A stretch of DNA of 64,000 nucleotides from Balanoglossus misakiensis. Its lineage: Eukaryota > Animalia > Hemichordata. Numbering within the stretch: position 1 is the first letter of the stretch; the number at the start of each line of letters is the position of its first letter. The notes under the pieces are model-generated. The model searched no databases and was not told the DNA's origin. It saw nothing but the letters and a program-made list of their open reading frames with translations. Of this stretch, positions 54,701 through 64,000 are shown in pieces. Where the stretch lies: NCBI GenBank assembly GCA_040954595.2, contig CM082581.2, positions 9,465,878-9,529,877 on the forward strand. The letters run 5' to 3'. A program made the translations under genes and the position numbers.

Positions 54701-57700
54701 TATATCACGTTGCCAGTTACTCCGTAATGACGTTACTCAGCAATTTCCAGCTGGGCATGAGTGATAGCTGGCGGACATCTAATGAGACTGCGCAGAAACA
54801 TGGTGACGCTTACGCGAACTTTCCTCCCACGAAAGATCAAAGGCTTTCCGCGAAATCGAACAGCCCTCCATTGAACTCTAATTCCTATTCAGAGACATTC
54901 GCTTTTTATTCGAAAACACTGGTGGTGTTTTCCAACACAGCATTCAGCATTATAATTAAATTGTGTCTGTTAGTTGCCCGATACATGTCGCAGGGTGCTA
55001 TTATGTAGATTTATTTCATATGGAAGGTAGATATACCGGATTGTCTCCTGGGATGAATTAGTCATTGCAACAAATTCTCTCTAGAATATTTAGAAAGATT
55101 GCCTAAAAGCAAAATATCTTGATTTCATGCGGCGGAGGTAAATTAGGAATTATATCGCAAGGTAGTTTCTCCGTACGGTATGTAGGGTCGTTTAAATTCA
55201 TGAGTACGGAAAGCTGGATACGTTGAATCGTAGATTTGATGTTTTGATAAACGCGCTCTCTCGCAAGGCCAAAGTATGCGCCGTACTTCTTTGCGGTAGG
55301 TCGGGGAGACTTCAGAAACACAGATTTAAAAAATACAGTGTGATGTGTGGGGCAAAAATCCTTCCTGAAGTTCAGAACGAAACGCGACTTTTGGTCGGCA
55401 ATATTTAGCCTCACGAATCTTCCAACCCTTGCCTGTTAAAATTCTAATACGTTTGTCTGCAATCTTTCAGACTTAAAACAGAGGTTTAGTTAAGACTACT
55501 GATCAAACGCATAACATTTGATGACCGTTCAATGCAAATACTTACATCATGACCGAAGGTTTGTTTCCGCCACGATGATTTGTCGTTTCCTCAAGAAATG
55601 TGCTAGAAAACGCGCAAGCCGTTCAGTTCATTGCAGTTGCGCAAAAATCTGCTATACTTAAATACCTGGGGTTATTTGTGAAGTGTTGTCTACCAGGCGG
55701 TGTTTCGCGTCTTGGATTTGCTTAAGACTATCATGGCTTCAGGCAAGCCAGGAATTATACAATCTGCGCTTCTAAGATAAAGGTATACCTCGACGCTGTT
55801 TGTCCTGTCCGCGCCCAGGTTGACTTGAACAAGCTCGAACGTGTAGCCCCGTTTCTGGTTTTCTCTAACCTTCAAATGACAGGTTTTTCCCGATGGTTTA
55901 GATGACCATGTGTCAACAGCAAACCAATTGTGAAGCATATACCCAAATATTTCCCATTACCCACTTCTAGGCGAACACAGGTAATGGTTACTTTCTCGAT
56001 GGATAAACACGACCAAACTTACTGAAATTCACTGACGACATTAAAATGTTCACAAAGGAAAGCCGTACGCGAATTGGACTCGCCCACGGATTGTACAGTA
56101 CACTGCTCACGGGATCCTCGCTCGTCCATTCATGTTTTCTGAATGAGCTTATAATGTTAACAAGACCACGGTCAACAATTTGTACCCTACATCAATCTAC
56201 CTCGACGACAGTTCTGCTCCCGTGTTCAGCTTCCATTGTTTCAGAATTAACACCATATCGCCCATTAGGCGCCACAGCTCACATTTGATAACTACGTTTC
56301 ATTGGAAAGTGCCATATTTTCACCCATATTAAACCCATTTGCTTGTGACCTTGGTCACGTTATTATTTATCATGAATCGCATCTTTGAATATACAGCCAC
56401 TCACAGATAAGGCCAGAGTGCTGAATGGAAGCCTAAGTATAATCATGGCGCTGCAGGCATCGGTTTATCTGATCCTGTTGAATTCAGTGTAACCACGCTC
56501 TAAAGTGTGTATGATTGGGCTCCGCGTGCATTTTACTGCATTTTGAATTTGAAACGGAGAATTAAACTCGCGGAAAACGTCAAACGCCAACTTCTCTCTT
56601 TTTGTATGCCCCGTCCACAAGGCCGTAATGCAGTTTCGATACGTTTTGTACCACCGCATCTTTCCCATTACCTGCGTCACATGACGTCAATGAGACAACG
56701 CCTTGGAGACAAGGTTTTCACCGCGAGTGTAAATAATGCAGTGAGAGGAAAAACGCGATGAGCGAACCCTAGCGAAAAGTAATAATTGAAAATGTCAGCA
56801 ATGACACCAGCATTTTCATCGTGCGAGGAAAGGATTTTCTTTTCAAATATACACGTGCGCAAATCCAGCTATTTCCGGTTTCAATCGATGCAATGACGTC
56901 TATAATTGTGAATTTGACCTCGACGCGGTTTTAAACTTGACTTCATATGATTTCGGTGCTCAAATTGTTAAATTAACTTCTAAATAGCTGATGTTTATGT
57001 TTTATATTTTATCATGTAACGTCATTATCCGCATGGCTTCGGTACGTCAACAAGCCCATTAACTGAGGTTTGTCTGTGTACTTACGGGGTCAACGGCAGA
57101 TTAGGAGGGCTTGTGGATGTTTGCACAAGAGATTAAGGTTTGCACATCAGGGAAAGTACTTCACAAAAAAGCGACAGGTTGATCTAGTTTCAGTTCATGA
57201 CCACGTGAATTAGAAAGTTTGAGTCGGGAGCTGTCGGCAATTAAACTGTACTTAGCGTGTTCGTCACCTCCTTTGAACTGAAGCAGAAGTTCGATGTTTC
57301 TTGCTCTGTTGGTCAGACCTTAGTACCTCCATGGTCAGACTCTACCGAAGTGCACCAACAGGTCGGCTTAACAAGGAAATTAAGCAAAGCCGGTGGCTTT
57401 GTATAGTCTACGATTCCCGCACGGTGATGGTATTTCAGTCATTTGTCCGGATACAACCCCGAAGTCCTGAGGCTTTCAATGAAGTTAAATATAGAAGAGC
57501 ACTAAAAGTCCCTTGCCCCTATACATGGAATACAAAAGTGGTCCCCGGGTGAAATCGACGTCATCCATTCACCATTTCGGGTGGAGAGACAATGATTGAT
57601 ATTTTATGTACTTAGTCATTTGTCTCAGAGAGTTAAAGTCAAAGAACATGCAGAACTAATGACGTCTTCATTGCAATCATGCGGCGGCAGTTATCATCGG

Positions 57701-59072
57701 GCTGGTTGCTTTATGTGAGGTGAAAATGTCAAGATTGCTTCTTGCCAATACGTTACATCGTCCAACCCATCTATTCATACATTAAACACACCCATGCATT
57801 CATGTATGTATGTACAACGCAATAGATGCATACATGCATGCATGCATACATACCGATTCATGTAAACTCTCATTTCTTTGACCAATACCATGTGGACAAG
57901 AGCATAACGATTATCAAATGAAGTTAAAAATAATGAAATTCCATATGTTGAGCAGTAAAATTTTCAAGTTATTCTTTCTTCTCCCGACAGCTGCATTCCT
58001 CATTTGCCGTTATCATCGGTTCAATTATTTATGGGATGTACTTGTATGCTTGTATAGATGGCGTACTGATATCCCCTCGTATTACAATTGTCGCTTGTGA
58101 TATCACGTCACCGACAGGTACATATTATTCCAACGGAGATCGCTGCACTTCGTCAAAATGCTAAAATCATCTAATGACATCTCCTTGAGGATGTACCAAA
58201 AAAACGTTATCATATGTATTCCCATTTCCAAACCACCTCTAAGGAGTGTTTGACTGTTATCTGATAGTCATCAAAACAAGTCGGAAGAAGTACGCTTTGT
58301 TATTAGAGTCTCGTTTCGTAAACTCTCAGGTTAATATCTTATTTAGATCCACCACGCCGGAGTTAAAGCTGTAACACTCAATAGCCTTTCGGTGAAGAAC
58401 TTTTAATTCGCCAAGAGATGCAAATCAATCTGGCTAATCTCGCACTTAAAGTTTTCATTTCTTAGCTGACCCCTGACCCTGTTTCGCAGATAAAGGAAAT
58501 GAATTGCTTATATACCATTACTGTGGATCACACAGTTTCACCACACTCAAGCTAGCCTGTCAATGACTGTTGATAGCGTCTCCATATTTGATGACGATTA
58601 TATGTACATGTATATCTCAACTTCAATTGAATGTTCTACGTATATCCTTAACATACACACCGCCTGCTCAGTACAGCTTTGCTTTAAACACGTTTAGGCG
58701 ATACTGCTATAAAGGATGTGTAAAGGTTTCTTTATTGAACTTAACCTGTCAACTGCCGCTATTTTACAGTTCGGAGGTACATTGATGAGAAAACGCACGA
58801 CGTGTACAGTCGGTTTATTACGTTCAGTCCACTTCGTAGGATCGGTTTGACGACTTCGAGATGTATTTTCCATACGGCTTACCTCTGTTGTTGCTAACTA
58901 AACGTACAAAATTGCGGTTTTACTGCTGTGCACGATAGCTACTCTAGATCTGCCGTGATTGTAAAGCGACTCTCATCCCAAACTTCGGTGTTTGCATTAA
59001 ACGATATCTGATACGCGAGTCTTGCCCAATTCATAAGTCCCACACTGCATTCGATATGCGATACACCGATGG

Positions 59073-59086
59073 GTAACCATGGCAAC
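59073..59086. promoter_or_regulatory. RFX X-box-like motif in gene B intron
   Basis: GTAACCATGGCAAC fits GTNRCC-N2-RGYAAC; function is untested. Confidence 0.4.
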
Positions 59087-60727
59087 AAACGAGATCAAAA
59101 CTATACTGCTCAAGTCATGCCGTCAAATTACAAACTCTTTTCCCCTTTAGCCAAGTCATCTCGTCGGTGTAACAATAAATGTCCCGAGGAAAGCGGTGGT
59201 ATCGTTTAACATGGAGGTTAATATAATCACAGTCTTGAGATCTGAAATTCGGGCATTTTATGTAATAGTTGATTACAACAAGGTGATACGTGTATCTACA
59301 GAGAAGACCTCAAATCCGGGCACAATTTTGCTGTTCATTGGTCGTTACTGCGCTAATTTCCTTCTGAAATTGCTGTTGTCTATTAGCGCTCTAGATGAGT
59401 TACATACCCAGTCTAAGTGCTTGAAGCCATAAATCCAATTACCAGGTGACTCCCACTGCATAAATGTGACTTTCGCTGTCAAGGTGTTCTAGGCATATAT
59501 ACAGCATGCGGTATGTGTCATTTGTTCCGTGCAGAAGGGTGTAAACACAGACAATATTAAGCTGTGCTTGGCATCCATCCATCCATCCATTGACTCTTGG
59601 TTATAGGCATGTACAAAATAACTCTTGGCCATTTTTACATCATCAGGAGGAAACTATGTGCAAATCGATAAAAATGGGTTTTATGCTTAATGGTTAAGCA
59701 GCTTCCCTTAGATCCAACCCCCATACAATTTATCTACCGTCGGCTAAATGATGGTACAGATTTATGTAAAAGATGTTAAGTCTTTTGCGGCCACGGAACA
59801 GCCGGCTTTATGTTCGATTCCTCTTTCAATCATCATTACATCACCGGATTAAAGTTTTAGAGATAACTAGACAGACACTAGTAGTCTAGTAAATCATGCA
59901 TAACCTGACGTCTCACCGAGAAAGAAACATTAACGTTCTTGATTACAGCGATGCCTTCACGAGTACAGCGCATCGTGACGTATAATATGCCATCAAATAT
60001 ACCAAAGCCACAGAAGTCCTGAATAAGCTTGAATACATCTTCCAAGAATACAGGAAATATAATGGACACAATATGAAAACCTGTCTTCGCTTTAAATTTG
60101 CTGGGTATACATTTTGCTTTGAAGTAGCCATTCTTCGCCGAGTCACGGCTACGTATATAGTAAGTACTCCTGAAATCGCTACTTGGAAAATTAGTTCCTT
60201 CCCACAGGCAGAGAACATCTATAGTTATTTAGTGGAGCCATTATCTTTTCTGAGTCTTTTGTAGTCAGTCACACAACTTCAATATATTAGGCAGACCTCA
60301 AAAAAGACCTGGCGTATACACCGTGGCTCACGTGTAGCTTTGACATTTATGTTGGTCGAAGGGAGTCGTTTCTGTCCGATACAATTATGGCATATTTTGT
60401 CATCGAGGTTACAGTGGGTACAACGACTGCCGTGGCATTACTTCTAAAAACTAATTACTACGTGGTAAGAGTTCTGAGCGAACGGAAAATCCCAACCATT
60501 TCCAAGATTATTAGTGAATGTAAAGAAATAGCGGAAAACATTTACGGGACTGATTAGGGTGTGTTGGTGAATTTCTAATCAAAATCCTTTGCGTGTTGGC
60601 ATACTGATTCATTCTATTATAAGGATACCAATAATATATGAGGCGAAACAAAAATATGTTCTATGATCCGAGACTAAACTATTGATGACGAATCGCAAGA
60701 TTTAAAAAAGCCAAAGTTTATACTTAC

Positions 60728-61061
60728 ACATAACTTCACCGAGCAGAAATGGACTGATGACATAGGTTTCCAATAATGCTGTAGGCATACAGATGATCAA
60801 GACCAACAGATCGGCTATGCTGAGATTCACCAGGAAGTAGTTTGTGGAGCTTCGCATGTCGTTGTTCTTCCACACGACGAAGGCCACCAGGGCATTTCCG
60901 ACCACGCCGAGGATGAAGATGACTACATAGGCGATAGTTGTGACGATCAGGGTCGACGACGGCAGCACAGACGGGTAGGGCTCGTTTCCCTCGGCCGTGG
61001 TGCAGTTTTCGAACGTTGCGTTACCCGTGCAGTTCTCGTACGCGAGAGGATAGCTCGCCAT
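60728..61061 (-). CDS. ETHR: Gene B, coding exon 1 (N-terminus, TM1, TM2, ECL1) of the ETHR-like GPCR
   Basis: ATG in atacaATGG context. Sequons NCT, NAT, NCT; GVVGNALV; DMRSSTNYFLVNLSIADLLVLIICMP; LLGEVM, then donor GTAAGT. Length 334 nt = 111 codons + 1. Confidence 0.9.
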
Positions 61062-61299
61062 TGTATTGTGTGTTTTTTTAAAGAAAGCAAATCGAGTCTA
61101 AAACCACTTGCTTGATAATCTCGCGATGTCCATCTGGTCCCGCCGCTGGAAACGTTACACGTGAGTGGGGGCAGGCTGTGAGATTAAGCGCCGAGGTGTT
61201 CTCTCCTTCAAATGCGCATCGTCTGAATAGCAACCGTTTCTCGAAAATGTTGACGTGCTGATCGTGGTGCCACGCATGGGCAGACGGCAATTACCCGGC

Positions 61300-61316
61300 G
61301 CTGCAGCAGAAATATC
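61300..61316 (-). other. Possible 3' splice site in the 5' UTR of gene B
   Basis: Minus strand gatatttctgctgcag|cgccgg; the exon-side bases resemble those of gene A (cag|cgcgccgg). Confidence 0.25.
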
Positions 61317-64000
61317 TTCCCCCTCGGACTCTGCTCCAATTTGTCACAAAGCTCCGCCTACCTGTGTTATTTGATAAACAAAGCATCAAAATAGTTACGT
61401 GGGATTGCCTATGACACTTACAAGACTGGAAAGGTCGGACATCATTTTCGACATCATACACCAAATGTCAACTTGATTAACACGTTCTGCGCGTTTGTCA
61501 TATTTGACTTCCTGCTTCTGACGACACCATACAAGATGCTGACGACAGTTTTCCTTTTTTTAAATTTCATACATTCACACATAGGGGAATCAATATGACA
61601 CATTGACATTACAACAAAACAGGAACAAAAGACTAACGCAATAGTTTCTTGGCTGCCGTCAACAGGATATGTAATCTTGTGAGAGTAATGGTCGCAATAA
61701 TGCCTTAAAATAGACACCATTTGCCACACCTTTTATTGCCACACGTGTTTTGTGGCGTGCTGAGGTTGCATTACATAAATGAAAAAAAACAAGACGCAGT
61801 TAAATCTTTTTTCAAGATTTTTCTTAACTTGTACATGTATACCGATCAATATACTTTAATCGATAAAGTACTTCAATCTTCTCTTTCGCCCTTAGTCGAC
61901 AAAGTACACCATGTTGAATTTGTGGAGATTTTAACACCCATGTGTGCAGAAACCACGATGTTTCTACTCTTGCAATTGGCGGCTGAATAAACGGGAGCAG
62001 CGCCCGTTCTTTATTTAACTTGTTCACATTTGGCGGGAAAATAGAAATGCTAACATTGGGAGAGGTGTTCATATGTTCACTTTCAATTTAAATATGCCCA
62101 AATATGGTCAAATGGCATGTCTATAGGTCTTCTAATGGCCAGGTGCAGGCGAACTTGTTTCGCGCAGGCCCCCCCCCCCCCAAAAAGAAAATATTAGATT
62201 TTTTTATCTCAACTGTAGCTAAATTTGCATTCTACATGAGCGCATACATTTACCTTAATGCATTCCAAAGTAAGAAATATGAAATAATCAATGCATTGAT
62301 AAATTAATGCAACACATATTTACCTGTAGATATGAAGGTAGTTTTCGCTTCATTGTGAATCGCGCTCCACACAATTGACGAAGTCAAACAATGCGCACCA
62401 TGTTATAGAGCCACCGGTATACCCCTTAGGTTACGGGGAAATCTATATCGACTATAACAGTAGTTACTCGTTCATGAAATAGAAATCCGAGTATTCATTC
62501 GATGCATGCATGCATGGGTGTATGTTGTGCGCATCTCAAATGTTCTTTAGAAATTCACTTTATTTACGTTTTAAAAAGAAGCTTGGATTTTGCGATTTTT
62601 TGCTTCAAAAGATTCACTCGGATAGGCTAGCGGAAATTGTGGCCGATTCCTTTGAAAATCACACGGGGTACAATAATCAGATCTGTATTGTGTTTTTTTT
62701 TTCGAAATCAGGCGTCACGTGACTTAGTTTCAAAAATGATTTGTATTTTACAAATTTTAGTGATCCTGTGGCCGGACACGTTTCGATATCTGCTATTATT
62801 CTTGTTTACCATCGAACTCAGTTGCTTGATGATTGACTTTGACATTCGCAGAAAATTTGAAGAAGAAAAAAACACAACAACGGAGAATACCGCATGCAGA
62901 ACGACATCCATACGCAATTTTGCGGTGCAAATGATCTGTTATATATGACACTGTCTGTAATAATTCACCGGGTGAACTTTCAATTTCCCGCAAACTCGGC
63001 AGATTCTCGTGGCGCATAAAGCGCGCAATACCCATCGTAATGAAACTCTTGACGCTATAAAGTGGTTTTCGTGTTGCTGAGTCGCCAGTTAATAACGCTT
63101 TAAGTGTCGCCCAGCTTCTACTCGGCACATCTGATGCATTACTTTTACTGCATGCTGTCAACTACATGCATTTTTTTCACTGGTTATAAACTCAGGGAAG
63201 ATCCGAATCGTGGATAAAGTTAAGAAATGGAGTTTTTATCGTGGGATAAGTGATTACCTGTCATATTGATGTTCTTATATTGAATTATAATGGACAACCG
63301 AAAAAAATCGAAATGTTTTATAGAAGGACACTACACAAGATACGTCATATCTTATGACATCATATTTTAGTCATAATGATTCTATCTATGTAGATTTATA
63401 GTTTGTAAGATTTCCGCGTCGTTTTTGATGAGAAATATGTCGCATGCAGTGTACATGTAGTGTCACCTTAAATGTAATTCTCCAGACAATTTCAACGCTT
63501 AGGCATCATTTTGTGAGCTAAAAACATATTTTCGTGAAATGCTCCTCACTGGTTGTGTGGACAAAACACTTTCATTGTATCATAACGTTATCACAAAATG
63601 TGCGTACAATATCGTAGTCCAAGCCTGTTATAATTAAATTTTACAATACCAGAGGCGCCTGTACTTGGTTATCTTGGCCCTTGGAAAGGATAAAGACACA
63701 ACGGGTGGGCGACACCTAAAATGACCATTTTAAGGCTGTGTGCCTTTCTAGAGGCTTAAAAGTGGGACTTTTTTGCGATAAAAAAGTAGTAAAAAACCCT
63801 CACGGTCATTATTGCACTATGAACGGATCAAGAGAGTATTATGTCAACGACATTATAGGCTGGTGATAAAAACAAACTTAATCTCAGCACAACGGTCATC
63901 TCTTGCAGTGCATGCGATTCAGGCATGCATTTGAAAGTGTAATGTATTTGAAGACTTCTTTTCCGAATAAATCGGTTACCCGGTGACCGTTTTACGCAGG

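Larger units (their letters stand above)
31860..60727 (-). other. Gene B intron, GT-AG, phase 1, 28,868 bp (about two thirds is the satellite-bearing insert)
   Basis: Donor ATGT|GTAAGT at 60728/60727 and acceptor TTGCAG|GC at 31860/31859. Restores LGEVMCKLSPF in frame. Confidence 0.85.

Noticed and set aside
63883-63903. RE1/NRSE-like TCAGCACAACGGTCATCTC upstream of gene B
   Set aside because: Mismatches in the GGACAG core, and a REST system is uncertain in an invertebrate.

Overview
Eukaryotic, AT-rich animal DNA, most likely an invertebrate (a deuterostome or lophotrochozoan is a guess from general character). It holds two tandem minus-strand paralogous class A neuropeptide GPCR genes most similar to the ecdysis-triggering hormone receptor (ETHR) family of the GHSR/NMUR/TRHR-related group. 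Gene B: coding exons 61061-60728 and 31859-30922, 423 aa. Gene A: coding exons 17277-16884 and 4455-3527, 440 aa. Both are split by one phase-1 intron at the identical position (ATG T|GC AAA, M-C-K at the start of TM3). The 28.9-kb intron of gene B carries a ~19.4-kb insert with Helentron/HINE (DINE-1/pearl)-like architecture: T-run, 5' hairpin, (GTCT)12(GTAT)29, about 216 copies of an 88-bp satellite, 3' hairpin, T-run. The satellite switches strand three times and forms a ~19-kb palindrome. The junction sequences fit two nested inversions, one through an 18-bp quasi-palindrome in the repeat unit. The rest is intronic or intergenic DNA with microsatellites, an RFX X-box in each paralogous intron and a clear excess of TACATGTA. 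All calls were made by eye; no database search was run.
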